The notes: generated from the sequence alone by a model not told the origin. A stretch of DNA of 55,573 nucleotides, filler included, from Bipalium vagum (GCA_037834085.1; 3 parts of 3 records of this genome joined end to end with filler, not necessarily neighbours in it); one strand, 5' to 3'; positions 24,684-38,470 are shown, counted from the first letter of the whole stretch. A program made the numbers and translations.

Positions 24684-25673
24684 CTGATAAAATTACATAT
24701 ATATTAAAATAATTACATTTCATGAAGTTAAGATAACTCTAAGATACTATAACTACAAGACATTTGAATAATGTAGGATTAAATTAACCAAAAAGATAAG
24801 GCTAAGGAAATGTTAGATAATGAAAATCTATAATGAGAATAAATTGGATTTTTCAACTTTTCGTGAACATAATCTAAATTGTCCATCTTGATATTATAAT
24901 ATCTTTATTCCTTGAAATATAACACAAAACGACAATGAAGATAATTAAAACTCTTATCAGCTTTTTCTTAATAAAAATAAAAATAATTGTTTTATTAAAC
25001 AAGGTTTACAAAGTTTTTAATTCATATTACACTTAAGAATAACGTCACAAAAAAATTTAAAGAATCTAAAAACAGTATTAAATGTTTTTTGAAGTGAAAT
25101 TTACTAATTATTGATTTTAATTAAAATAAATAATAATAACAATAAAAATAATAATAAAAATAAAAATAATAAAAATAATAAGTTATGGTATACCTAATTT
25201 GACAAAATGAATGCAATAATATTTATTTATGCAGAAAATAGTTTCATTTTGAAGAATTTTATCGTAAACAGGACAGGAAAGAAATTAATTAAACCCAGTA
25301 AGAGGAGCAGCTGGTCAAAGTAACAAATATTTTGTAACTAAAAATACAGGCTGCGATCTTGAAATTTAACTTGTATCAGATTTCTTCTATAGAGTATATT
25401 TGAGGTTTTATAAATTTAATGAAGTTGGCAAATTAATTGGATTCATTGATTCTAAGTGAGAAAACAGGAATTATTATAGATTTTCAATCACATGGTAAAT
25501 TTTTTTCTGAAACCATTTTTTTCGAAAGGAATGTATTTTTAATTTCATTAATGAAAAGATTAGGCCAGGACTGATCCTGAGACAGAACCAATGTAATTAG
25601 ACAGGAGAACAATTTTAAGAATTATTTTGATAAATTTTAATTATTTTTAATTCACTTATTGACATTGATGTAT

Positions 25674-25678
<5 letters not shown>

Positions 25679-25736
<58 letters not shown>
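25679..25736. repeat. (ATT)n microsatellite in Gli intron
   Basis: Pure ATT run. Confidence 0.95.
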
Positions 25737-25739
<3 letters not shown>

Positions 25740-25867
25740 TTTATTATTATTATCATCATTAAAACCATAAATCTCTAAGGTCAAACTAAATTATGGTCAA
25801 TGTTAGATTATTATATTGTTAATAACCTATAAATATCTATGTCCTTTTATATATTAATATTAAAAAT

Positions 25868-26640
25868 ACCGGTTGTATCAACACAGAGGAAAAAAGTAAA
25901 TGAGGAATAAAAGGGACAAAAAATGTTATTAATAATAAATAACATATACAGTAAATGGAATACATTTGTTTTCCCTATATATTATGTTCTCGAAATGATT
26001 TCTTTTAACAAATAACATTAACTCAATTCTTCATGGGAAGGACAATATTGGGGTTTTAAGCTTTTTGATAATAACAGGTTTCATGGTTTATTCGTTTTTC
26101 CATTTCAAGTAGATCTTTCGGTTTTTGGTAATGAAAACCTTTAATAAGAGTACCCAAAAAATAATAATTAACTAGTGTGAGGTCAAAGGCAAGACATCTT
26201 GTTTCTCTAAAGTCACAGTCCAAATTAGACCATAGTCATCTATTTTCAGTCCATGAAGCAGCTGTATTTAAGAAAATTTAATGTCTCTTCTTTTAAAATT
26301 TGTTGGACCGAGGCAGGTGGAATATTAGTTTACCGTGATAATCTTCGAATTAATGTCTTTTCTCCATATTAGCAATTGAAAATTTAATGTTGGTTTTATG
26401 TTTGTTCACCAAAGAACGCCGATAATGAGATATATTGACAACACTTCAAGTTTTCTCAAACTTCTTCACAAGTTTGGTAAATGCAGAACATGCATATAGG
26501 ACTTTAATCAAACCTCTTTGGCATTTAATTTCCCTAATTGTAGTTCTAGGGAAAGTTCCACTGCCTAAATAACATCGAGTTAATTCAATTTTCAAATCTA
26601 GATTCATACCTAAATATAAAATATTTTTCATCAGTTATTC
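25868..26640 (-). mobile_element. Highly degenerate Tc1/mariner-superfamily (maT/rosa-like) transposase relic
   Basis: The minus strand reads TKLVKKFEKT*SV...IRRLSR*TNIPPASVQQILK (paired-type HTHs). Boundaries are approximate. Confidence 0.5.
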
Positions 26641-26833
26641 ATTTAAACAAAATATATTTTTATACAAAATTGACAGTCTATTTTCTCGGTTTTGATGCAA
26701 TCGGTATGTTAAATTATTATAAAAATAATGAAATTATATACTTTAATATTTAATAAATCAAATTAAATTTAAGGTGAATATTAATCCAATTTAATTAATG
26801 AACAAATAAAATATAAAATATTTTTTCACAAAC

Positions 26834-27142
26834 CATGTCTAATGAATCGATTCCTAAAATGTCCTCATCGTCTTCATCAAAAATGAGTGAATCGTTATTA
26901 CTGAGGTTAGTTAAAATATTAAATGCTACATTGTGGGGGCTTAAATTATCACTCCAAGCATTTGTGGTATAAGCTGATGAAGGGGTATGTAAACTATTAG
27001 AGTTTGTTCGATTGAGATTTTCTGATGGGTTTTTCACTGAAGCTTGATAATCCCAATTATATTTTTCATGACCATTACCGTCTTGTTTTGTTTGACATCG
27101 ATCACTCCAACTTTCTCCTTTCATTTTCTTATCTGCATAGAT
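26834..27142 (-). CDS. gli: Gli exon after zinc finger 5 (NLS-like, acidic stretch)
   Basis: tctcatag|IYADKKMKG continues HGPQ, as in Ci HGAEFYANKKHKG. Donor ATG|gtttgt; 309 nt, phase 0/0. Confidence 0.9.
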
Positions 27143-27889
27143 CTATGAGAGATAATAAATCAAAATCTGTTTTATCTATAAAAATCCAGTAATTATATCT
27201 GTAAATGTATAATTTGTAAAATGGAAACATCGAAACTATTAAATCATTAAAACTGAAATTTCAATAATAATGTGAACTGACCAGCAATGAAATGCGGGAA
27301 TTTTTTGGTTTTTGAAATTAAATGATACAAATAAAATATTTCTTTAGCCTAACTGAAAATTTTAATTTTTTTTATATTTTCACACAATTTATTACAAATT
27401 CTAATTATTGGCAATGGATTATTTTCAGTTTTTTAAAAGTTAGGTGAGATATTTTATTTTTCATTGAGTAGACAAGGTTTTGGTGTGCCTTCAAAATAAC
27501 AGTTCCTACATTTATGATAAATTGTTTTAGGCCCATAAAAAAATAAAAAAACATATTCCTTTAGGAAAGATAACGGAAAAAATTAATATATTGATTAATT
27601 CTGTTCAAGCAATTTTATAAAATATTGAAGTTTCAGTAAAAAAATAATAAAAAATATAATAAAGCAAAATAAATACTTAACAACCAGTAAGGTTTTATAA
27701 AATAAAATTATAAAGGTCATTTTATAAATCCATGTAAGATCTTAAATTTTTTCTGAGTTGCTAAACCTTAGAACTCAATTCAGTGCTATTTAAAACAAAA
27801 ATATTGAGTTGGCAAGAACATAATTTCCGATTTTACATAAAGACAATTAACTTCAATTTACTGTTTTAAATAAAAATAATCATTGTTTA

Positions 27890-28930
27890 AATACTATCAG
27901 ATAGGAGACGGATTCAAATTAATTTAATTAAATCAATTTAATTAATTTCATAGAATGCCTTTTTTATGTCAGCTTTAGTATGGATGATCGAAACACACAT
28001 TTGGGACATATTTTTCCTATTATTGGAAAAATTGAAATGTACAGCGAGGATACATTATAAAAAAGTCAGAATTTGGTTTGAGAAATTTTAAAGGGTTGAC
28101 TTTTCATTTAATGATAAGCAACGATACGATCATTTAATAGATGTCAATGAAGACAAAATCAAAAAGTTAGTCAATGAGGATCGTCACAAAACAATATGTG
28201 GTATGCATCTAAACCTATATCAAGTATATAGACTACAAGAGAAAACTCGATTTATGAATTTTTTACAAACATAAGAAAAATCCCACTAGACAACAGTTTG
28301 AAGTCTGTGATTTGCTTATCATAAGGAACAAAAGAGTCGTTTTGAAAAAGTTGTTAAGGGGACATGAAAAGTAGATTTGCTACAATAATGTTCATCGAAA
28401 AAGGTCATGGTGCAATTCAGAGGAAGCAGCCAGACGTCCAAAACTAATAATTATTAAATTATTGATTATAATTGTTAGCAGCTATTTCAATAAAGTCACT
28501 CATAGTTTCAAAAATTTTTAAAAAAGATATTTTAAAATTAAATTAATATTTTAAAATTAACTAATACATGAATATCCATATTGGATTTTAAAAAGGACAC
28601 TTTATAAAAATTTAAAAATTCAAAAATATGTTCAAATACTCACAATAATCATCAAAAGAAAGTTATGTTATGCGTTTGGCGGGATTATCAAAGAATCATA
28701 TACTTGGAAATCCAAGTAAAACGCCAAAAATGGCAAACCTTAAAGGCATTGTTTTTCAACATGACAATGAAAAAACACACTTTTTTGATAAATCAGTAAA
28801 AATTATTGAGTGGGCCACATTCACAATATACTTTAGAACTTGCCTTTCAAAAGAAAATTAACTTAAATCCGACTTAATGCAGTTTTTACAGATGAACCTA
28901 AGAAGTTTTATAAACTAGGACTTTTAATGC
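27890..28930 (+). mobile_element. mariner relic in Gli intron (antisense to Gli), interrupted by an AT-rich insert
   Basis: WFEKF; LVNEDRHKT; GHEK*ICYNNVHRKRSWC; GIVFQHDNEKTH; MLPGRWQ. Confidence 0.8.
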
Positions 28931-28980
28931 TTCCTGGAAGATGGCAACCTCACAATTTAATAAAAATTTATTTTTTCATA

Positions 28981-30282
28981 TACAATATCTGGCAATAAAT
29001 AATAAGCCACCTTTCTAAATCTAATTTTTCTCATTCCAAGTTATTTTTATTATTTAAAAAAAAGATTTTTATAAAAAATTTATTTGAATAACAAAGCAAC
29101 ATTTTTACATTCGAATAAATGAACATTCAGTATTTAGTGTATCACCCGCGTGCTTTGATAATACTATTCATGCGACTGTGCATTAACAAATCGATTGTCG
29201 ATTGTGGAATTTCGAGCCAATAATTAACCAGAATAGTACATAAATCACTGAAATTGGTTGGTTTACTCCCTTTCATTGATTTGAAAAGGATTTTCCATAA
29301 GTTTTCAATGGAGTTCATATCTGGGCTTTGGGGTTGCCAGTTCACACTAACTCCTTTTTCTTGCAAAAAATTCGTAACTCTTTTGGCCTTATGGTACGAT
29401 ACATTGTCTTGTTGAAAAATAAAGTCATGCTGTGCACCAAAAAGGCTTTCACATGAAGGTAACATCGAGTTCTGTAAGATTTTTATTTACTGATGCTGGT
29501 TTACAGGTCCGACCCATCGATGTAATTCGACCATTCTAAATCCAGATGTGAAATTTCAAACCATTAAACTACCCATCCCATGTCTTACTGATGGAACGCA
29601 GCATTTCTTTTTAAATCTTCATCAATACGTCTTTTAACGAACCTTCTAATAGAACCAGAAAACAATTAAAAAGAACTTTCGTTACTAAATAAAACTGATT
29701 CCCAGTCATTGGCAGTCCAATTTTTATGAGTATGAGCAAACGCCAAAGGTTTTGCAACATTTACTAATGACAGTCGGAGCTTTTTAGCTACTATTCTTCC
29801 GGCTTCAAACTGGCTTCTTTCAGTCTTTTTCGAACTGTTCTTTCCGATAAATTTATACAATAGTCAGTTTTTTTCGTTGTTGTACTGTAGCTCTCGATTC
29901 TCTAGGGATGATCTGACAAGAAGACAATCTTCCAGGTTGATCATCTTTCTAGGTCTCCCAATCTTCTGAATTTCTTTTACTGAGCCAGTCGCCTTGTACC
30001 TCTTCACAATATTCTGTACAATTCCTCGACTTGTATTGAGCTTCTTTGCAATATCTCTTTCATGAATTCGGTTTTCAAATATAAATACGACGCGCAAACG
30101 CACTTTGTCTGATAATTTCCGATAATGCCTCATTTCTAAAAATGAAAATATTTGATAATACTTCCTTGATACAAAATCAAGGAAATATTGTGTATAGGAT
30201 ACACTAATAAGAACAGTATAATGAACCAAATCATGAATGCATAATATTGCTGGTGGCTTATATCTTTTTGCCAGGTATTGTT
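28981..30282 (-). mobile_element. Full-length ~1.3 kb Tc1 element with both TIRs, transposase frameshifted
   Basis: TIRs caatatctggcaataaataataagccacc (28983) and ggtggcttatatctttttgccaggtattg (ends 30280). Protein motifs: GRPRK, WESVLFSNESSF, FQQDN, WQPQSPDMNSIENLW. Confidence 0.92.
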
Positions 30283-30794
30283 GTTTCATGTCTTTGGCTT
30301 CTTCAAATAATCGGCATTTACTTTCTTCTCAAATCAATATTATGAAGCCGAAAATTAGGAAATTTTGGAAAGCTGAATTTAACATAAAATTATTTAGTGA
30401 ATAACGATTTTCTAAGAAAAATGTAACTTAAATAATAATTTTGAAAATAATTTAATGTCAAATTAAATTTTTTAGAATTAGAAAAATTAGTCGAAAAAGT
30501 AATAATTTCCAGGGAAGTGAATTTTTAAAAGAACTTTTTAAAAATTTGTTCCAGAAATTAAATGTACTCAAAAAATCAATCACAAACTTGAGCTGGGTTA
30601 ATCTAAATTAGAATTTTTCAGGTATTACAATAAGCTTTTACTTTGTTACCCGTATTTATAAATCTCTTCAATTACTCTAATAATTTTTTGACATTAAATA
30701 ATTAATAAAATTAATTTCACAACATTGATTGGTTAATAATTAATTTTACTAAAAGATTTTTATTAAAATTTAAACAATACATATTATGTTTTAC

Positions 30795-31052
30795 TTGAGG
30801 GCCATGATTAGTTTTTACATGCTTTCTCAAAGAGCTTGGATCAGTGTAGCGCTTTGCACATCCTTCAACTTTGCAAAAATACGGTTTTGTATTACTATGA
30901 GTTCTATTTTGATGCTTAGCCCGATCAGAAGCATTACTAAAAGCTTTATGGCATCCAGGAAATTCACATTCATATGGTTTTTCTCCCGTATGAGACCGTA
31001 TATGAGTCTTGAGATTTTCAAGACGAGAATATCTTTTATTGCAATTGGGAAA
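30795..31052 (-). CDS. gli: Gli zinc fingers 3-5
   Basis: [86 protein letters not shown], bounded by ag|...|gtaaaa. This frame is absent from the ORF track. Confidence 0.98.
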
Positions 31053-31538
31053 CTAAATTGAAGAATATTTATTTACTTTAAACTAAATGAAAAAAGAAAT
31101 TATTATTATTTATTTTATACAAATAATTATTTATATTCAAGGTTTACTTATTAACATGACGTCAATTGCTGTCGTCATCAACCAATCAATTTATTTTTCT
31201 ATTTCTTGATTGACCATCGCCGTGATAACATTTGACAGAAAATTAAAATAAATTACTTTTGCCTTTATGAAAATATCATCCATGATATCAAATTGCGTAA
31301 AAGGTCAATGAAAATAAATATTATATTTAATATTTAACAAACCTATTTTCAGTCATGTATTAACTTTTATCTCTTTGCATACGTAGTCGTTAAATTTTTT
31401 TGTTTAAATAAAATTCTTCTCTTCTGATAGAATATTTTTTTTACTTTATAAATGTACTGAGTAATATTTTTATGAAAAAAAATCAGTTTTATTAGTTTAA
31501 TAAATAACTTTCACTTTATTTCCAGTTAAAACATGTTG

Positions 31539-31690
31539 NNNNNNNNNNNNNNNNNNNNNNNNNNNNNNNNNNNNNNNNNNNNNNNNNNNNNNNNNNNNNN
31601 NNNNNNNNNNNNNNNNNNNNNNNNNNNNNNNNNNNNNNNNNNNNNNNNNNNNNNNNNNNNNNNNNNNNNNNNNNNNNNNNNNNNNNNNNN
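31539..31690. other. Assembly gap (152 N) in Gli intron
   Basis: N run. Confidence 0.99.
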
Positions 31691-32202
31691 ATTGATAATT
31701 TATTAATTTATTGATCAAAACAAGATAACTATTCTAATGCTTACAAAATGTTAACAAAATTTGGCAGTTACATGTAGTTTACTTAGGATTAAACAGGCAG
31801 TCACAGGTCGTCATTATCAGCAAATTGTACCATAGTTTTAGTAGATATTTCGAATATAAAATGTTGGTTAAAACTGCATAATAATAATGAAAATAAATAA
31901 TCATGATAATAATTAAATTAAAGATTTATTTGCAGGTTTCATTTTTTGGATACTGAGGGGAATAAAAGAAACAATATGAAATTTCAGTAGAAAAGAAATA
32001 GCACCTTAAGCATAAAATGATACATGTATGTATTATATTCTTCAAACATTTTAAGAAACAGAAAGTATGTTAAACTCATTAATCAAATTAATTAATTTTC
32101 TTTAATTTAAAAACGATCCATTAGTGAACAGAAAATAGAACTCAAATTAAGTTATAATAATAATTAATCAATATTAATTAGATAATATGAAAAAAGGGTT
32201 AC

Positions 32203-32355
32203 ACTGCATTGATGAGGTTTTTCACCGGTATGCCTTCTCATATGTACTACCAACATGTATTGAGCCTTAAAAGGCCGTCCAGATCTAACGCAATCTTTCC
32301 ATTGACAAACGAATGTCTGCTTACCATTTCCACTAATATGTACTGCTGAAATGTG
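32203..32355 (-). CDS. gli: Gli end of finger 1 and finger 2
   Basis: [51 protein letters not shown]|gtaacc; [19 protein letters not shown] is diagnostic of Gli. Confidence 0.98.
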
Positions 32356-32403
32356 CTTTAAAAATATTAGTAAAAAAATGATTAAGTAATCATAATTAAA
32401 AAC

Positions 32404-32660
32404 TTTGACTAATTCAGATTGTGTCTCAAATACTTTTACACAGTCATGCCAATGGCAATTAGTCTCTGTGAAGTCTGGATCTCCTTCTTGTGGTTTTGGA
32501 TAAATTTTGGAAGTATTACGAGGGTATGTGTCAACGATTTTTTCGGTTTCTGTAAATTGACAACTGTCCTGTTTCTCATGAAAACTCTCGTTTCTTGCTA
32601 GTTTTTCTGACCTTTGCGGGAACGAAAATTGATTAACTCCAGGCGGGCTGCCCATAGAAG
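32404..32660 (-). CDS. gli: Gli exon with start of finger 1
   Basis: atttag|CT...[28 protein letters not shown]|gttttt; phase 1 in, phase 0 out. Confidence 0.95.
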
Positions 32661-32711
32661 CTAAATAATAGTTTTATTTTTTTTAGTTAAAATCAGTGCA
32701 TTAAAACAAAC

Positions 32712-33087
32712 CAGCTGAAAGATGACCAATTGAACCAATACTGGATCCTGGACCACTTCTAGAATGGAAGCTTCTCACTGCTAATGAATCTTGGGACACT
32801 CTGGTAAGTGTTTGAATATCAATAAAGTCATTAATAGACGCTTGAGTTCGAGGTCTTTTCGATCGAAAATTACCATAGAAACGACTATCAGAATGACATG
32901 TAGGTCGAAATGGAACTGAATGAGGCAAGTGAAAAGACGAAATATCGATGGGCTGTGAACTTCGAGAGCCATCTATGTTCGAATTGACTAGATTATTGAA
33001 AAAGGACCGAGAGTTTGGAACAAACTCATTTGCTGGGGTTGTATTACTAAATAATAAGCTGCCTAATTCTTTGGTCACTTCATTTTT
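32712..33087 (-). CDS. gli: Gli N-terminal regulatory exon with SUFU-binding motif
   Basis: KRPR...IDIQTLTRVSQDSL (cf. DLQTMIRTSPNSL) and GSIGHLSA (cf. GSYGHLS). A 51-nt GT-AG intron (32661-32711) follows. Confidence 0.92.
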
Positions 33088-33344
33088 CTTTAAAAGATTT
33101 TAAAATAATTTTAAGGAAAAGATTCAACATTCTTAATGAATAACGCATGGGATTGACTTTAAATGTATGTGAAGAAGCACTTAATTTTATTTTCTTGTTC
33201 TGAAAATTCGATTTTTTCTTGTCATTGTTTTGATTTAATTAAAAGCGGATGGTTTTAAACCCTTAGGTCAATATTCCAACAATGAAAATGGCTACTTCGA
33301 CTTCTGGACAGTTTTTTTTATTGTATAATTTTTTATGAGTAAAT

Positions 33345-33468
33345 TTGGCGAATTTTTAGATTATCATTATGAAAACGACAGTCCTCACATAAGTGTAGTG
33401 ACATGACAGAAACTATTGGATCTTGAATGGGATATGATATATATCTAACATATTCTTCTGATTTTTAT
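33345..33468 (+). mobile_element. Short mariner catalytic-domain fragment
   Basis: YHYENDSPHISVVT*QKLLDLEWDMI...YSSD (cf. HHDNARPH...QKLLELGWE...YSPD). Confidence 0.65.
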
Positions 33469-34349
33469 AAAGGTTGTGTATCCACTGTATCCATTAGGAG
33501 ACCCAAAGAAATGAATATAGTTTTGTCCGTGATTACATAAGTTGCAGCCTTCCGCTTCACGATCTTATAAGGCAGACATTAAGCAAGGCTAAAAGACATT
33601 TTTTTACAACATATTCAGAATTATTTTTCTTTTCTTATACTGTCTGTAAGAGATATAATTAAGAGCTAAAGGTAAAGAATAATTGAAAATTTCAGATTTA
33701 TGCCGTATCCAAGCAAATTAAAAATATACCTTTATTTGAGAAAAAATACTCAGTACTAAAATGAGACTTTCTTATAAAGTGAATCATGGTTGACGATTAA
33801 TCTCGTCAATTAATAAATAATATTTTAAGGATCCATTTATATTCACAGAATACAGGGATTCACAAGTATAACTTTTATTTTAGACTTCAGACGTATTTTA
33901 GTTTTTAAGTACCACTTGAAATGTTTATCATTGGGTTGGTCATCTGTGATTGCGTTTTTCGAATAACCAAAGTCTATTTTTTATTTGAAATTGCCTTGAT
34001 TAGTTAAATACTACAATTTTTAACAATGACCTTTTATGATCTTTTCGGTACATATTTCTTTTTTCATAAAACTTTTGACTTTAAGGAAAATAGATTGTAC
34101 CCGCAGCGATTTTAAGCCATAAGTATAATTGATTTTTTTATTATTCAAGAAAATCTTGCAAAGATTGAAATATAAATTGTAACGTAAACTGACTGCGGTG
34201 AAACTATAAGTGGTGAAACTATAATAACTCTCAAAGATAAATGAAAAGTAACACCCTAAGGGTTTATCATTTCTGTTCCTTCTTAATTTCTTTAGTCATG
34301 AATATTGTAAAATGTAAAGAGTATTTGATTAAGGAAAATCCAATTATTG

Positions 34350-34735
34350 AAATGAGAGTTTGATCAGGGTCTTATTTAAAGAAATGGATTAAGCAACTGA
34401 ACGTCTCGTTCGTGTGATTTGATCTTTTTCTGTGGATATATATGTCAAATCATTGGTCTACAGCAACAGGCCAGACATTTTGGAAGTTCTCAAAACCAAT
34501 ATCGAACACATTATTGTTGGAATTTTATCTGATTTGTGTAAAAGAGTAATGGGAAATCGAATTCAACGAATTCACACCTGCAAAGTGCTCTAGGAGGACA
34601 TATGAGTGATGTTGAGTTGCATAATTAATGGTAATCTGTGTACTTTAGTTTTAAATACAAATTTTATTCATATATAAAATGCAAGTCTTTATTCAAAAAA
34701 ACAAAATGCGTCGTCTTTAATGGAACACCCCATAT
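34350..34735 (+). mobile_element. 3' remnant of a Tc3/rosa/maT-like transposon
   Basis: SRSCDL..FLW.YVKSLVYSNRP...LKTNIEHII...GGHMSDV*, ending in the TIR-like ggaacacccca|ta. Confidence 0.75.
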
Positions 34736-37700
34736 ATTTATAATATATTTTGTTGATGTATGTTTTAAGATCAGAGACAGTTTAATTATTATAATTTTTT
34801 CTCTTAATTAAATTAATAATTCACATCTAAAATTGATATTAACCATAATTACTATTCTTTTTAACATTTATTTCTATTTGGATGTTCATGTTCTTTACTG
34901 CATATTACATACAATATTTAGGTTAAGAAGATATAAATATTATATATATTTTTATATATTTGCGGCGATTATTTAAAATTTTCTTGTTAATTTAAACAAA
35001 AATAATTATGTTAAAAATCAAAATTTAAATGAAAATGAAAATAATAAATAATATTTCTAAACTTATTAATTAAAATTTTACTAAAATATAATCAAATAAT
35101 TAATTTTAAGACTAAAAAACCAAGAATTTCACCAATGAGTCCATTTTTTCCATTTTAAATTAAAAAAAAACGATAAAAAGCCATGATCAGTTTTTCATTT
35201 CTTTAATTTAAGCAAAATTCAATTACAATGGAAACACATGTTTTGTAATTTATAGAAAAAATAAGCACATATATTAATTAATTAATTACGGATTCCCAAA
35301 GTATTAAGTACTACAGTTCTTTTTGATTGATATTTTACTTTCTTATCAACATAATCAACACAGCAATTTTTTTTGATGTTTTCAATTAAGATCCGGAGAG
35401 ATGAACCAAAGTTTTAGGAATGTTAAACATGGTAAACAATTTTTTGTATTTATTTATATGCAGAAATAAAAAAAATATTTATATTATAAATTGTAGTTAG
35501 TGTTATTGATAAAAAAGTCAGAAAAAAGCGGTCATTTAAACAAGAACCAATTTTTAGGTGTCCTTATTATTCGTTTGAATGTTAAAGTGAAAATATGAAT
35601 ATATAAAATCATTTTATAATCGAAATGGGTTTGTTTGCTTAGTTGAGCAATTGGTATACAAATATTCGAGCTTTGATTTCAATATAATCAGGGTGATGAG
35701 CGAGCACAGGTAAACTTTAGCCCCGATTATTCAATATTAAAACGTAATCTAACTCGTTATTTCGTTTTTATAATCTTTATCAAGATAACCTGTAAAATCA
35801 ATTAACGTATTCATTTTCACACTGTAGCATTGGTTAATTCTCATCGACTTTTAAAATCAATTTTTACATTTATAAACGATTTCAAACTGTGGATTTGTTT
35901 AACAAATAAGTTAAAGCCTGAAGTACAATTTAATGAACCAAAACAAAATTATCACAATTACTATGGTCTTCAATATCAATGATTTCAACTGCTGCTGTGA
36001 ACATAAAACTTCCTGAATTGAAAGATTTATTTAATACTCTAAGGTCTAACTACTACTTGGTGTATGCAATCATTTACTATAAGAAAAATAAAAGATTTTG
36101 ATTATTTGGGGCTAAGTCTATACCAATTTATCTGACATCAGTAAGGGTTGGGATTCAAAATGAATGCATAAAATTTACCTAATTTTTTATGTTTTAGAGA
36201 TTTAATAAATCTGTCTTTGTTTGACCCCATAGATCAATTAAAATACTGATGAAATTAATGATGAAAATATTGAGTCCTCATTATTTATTCTTTGTTAAAT
36301 TTCATAAAAAAAGTTATTAAAGAATCAGTTTTTACTTTATAAAAAGATTTTTGGAAAAAACTAGAGAAAAGAAATTAATAAAAATCATTGTTCCAAGATC
36401 AAATAACCAAAGTTTTGGTAGTATATGCTCTTTTATTTCAATATGGCAATCAATTTTAAAATAGTTCAATAATAAAATTAATATTTACATTTAACGATTA
36501 CTTAATATTTGATTTGGAGGTCATGATATTTTTTACTAGGGAAAACCGACAAATTATTAGCGTTAGGCGCTAGGTGAGACGTGACCGTGACAGTTGTGCC
36601 TTTTTAAGTGTTGGAAGACTTATTTTATCGTACAAGAAATTGAAAGGTAAAATTTCTAAGAATTATATAATTTTTAATGTACAATTTAGACACAAAACAT
36701 AAAATGCTGTGAATACAAGACTGTATCAATAGCAAACAAACCAAGAATAAAATATCAAAACCATCATTAATATTGACAAGCCATCCATTTGAAGTGTTCA
36801 TCTGTCAAGCCTGCTGCTATGCATAATTATTGCGTTCCAGTATCCGGCAGAACGAAATGTATTACATGTATTTGTTGTGTTTTCGAATAAAAGATTAATT
36901 TGATAAAATAAATTATTATACCTTTATACATAAAAATTAAATTTTTAAGTTCATAGTCAATTTGTGGAAACTTATTTTTCGCTAAATTTACAATTGATTT
37001 TTCTTTAATATACTTTATATTATTATCATAAGGTAAGATTATAATCACTTGTGAAGTAGAGCATTCTATATTTGTAAGATTAAAGAGAAAGAAGTATCTG
37101 AGAATAAATTATTAAATTAAAATAATTAAAGATGAATATTATAATGAATCTTACGCAAACTATGTCCAAATATTACTTTTAAATATATTAAACTGATTTA
37201 AACAAAATATATTTTATATTGTAATAAATAATTATTTTCACAAGTAAATAAATTAACTAATGAAATTAATATATTTTTATAAAATCTTAAAATATATTTA
37301 TTATAATTTTTTTATTCTTAATTATAAAATAATCATAAAATATTTAAATGTCAAATAATATTGAAATTAAAACAAAAATATTTAAACAAAAATTTATTTC
37401 ACCTTCATAATTTCAATTCTTTCTCCTTTTATTTTCTGATTTAATTAATTTTAATTGAAAAAATCTCACATTTAAACAATTAAAATTGAGGAAAATAAGA
37501 TCTAAAGAATCATTTTAAAACTAATCAGTTTTCTTTTAGCATTTCCTAAGTGTTTTAACTTGTACAAATGTTAAATTATATATAAAATAATAAGCAATTT
37601 ATTATCTTTTTACAATAAAATCGTAAAATTTCAATGTTTAATTTTTATAGGCTTAATAAAATTAAATAAAATTATAAATTATATGCAAATTTAACCATGT

Positions 37701-38005
37701 CTTGTCTAGTTAAAATGTTCCAAGTCAAATTAATTGAATTGATTATAAAAATTTTACGTAGTTATTAAATGTTCACAAAATGTATTATTTTCCATGTTTT
37801 ACTTTTAAAACAATTTTTGACCTTCAAAATAATTGAATTTTCATCTGAACCTATAAAAAATCTCATTTTAAAAGTACATTTATTAAAAGTTCATTTAATT
37901 TTTCAAAAAGAATTGTTATCAAGAATTTTCTTTAAAAAAATATATAAAATTAAAAATGTAAAAGAAACATCAATAATTCCGATTTATGAAATTATTGATT
38001 AAAAA

Positions 38006-38216
38006 TACAGTCAAACCTGTTCACGTTGAATCCTTTTAACGTTAAAGATTTTTTGAAATGAAAAATTTCTAAACTTTTTTGATTGGCGTGTCTTTGCCGT
38101 AAAAGTTGCAATCTTCTTTGTTAAGTAATTTTCCCTGATTATGTTGAAAATTTTCTTATTTTAAAAATAGCGGAAAATTGGTCCAATGATGTTCAACTTA
38201 AATAGGTTTTACTGTA
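38006..38216. mobile_element. pogo/Tigger-like MITE (~210 bp)
   Basis: TA|CAGTCAAACCTGTTCACGTTGAA ... TTCAACTTAAATAGGTTTTACTG|TA, imperfect TIRs (21/25). Confidence 0.8.
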
Positions 38217-38470
38217 TAATTATTTAACATTATAGTCATAAATGCATAGGCAGGCGGATTTTTGTATTTAATGAGATTTATTAAAAATTTTTATTTATTT
38301 ATTAAAATTTTAAAAAGATAATTGCAAAATAAATAATATCACACACACACACTTCTTCTGAATAAATTATTTTAAATAAAAAGTTATATAAATTGAGATT
38401 ATTACTACTTTAAACTTTGAGATATCATATAAAGCACTAAATCTAACCCTGACAAGTAGTTTTTCATTAC

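Noticed and set aside
31157-31164. Perfect CRE TGACGTCA (also 52393-52400)
   Set aside because: Two 8-mers in 55 kb is not clearly above chance.
31497-31718. ORF containing a run of X
   Set aside because: It spans an assembly gap.
34183-34240. Faint resemblance to the LSU rRNA segment GTAAACGGCGG...AACTATGACTCTC, with a 13-bp direct repeat
   Set aside because: Too short and gapped, with no flanking rRNA similarity.
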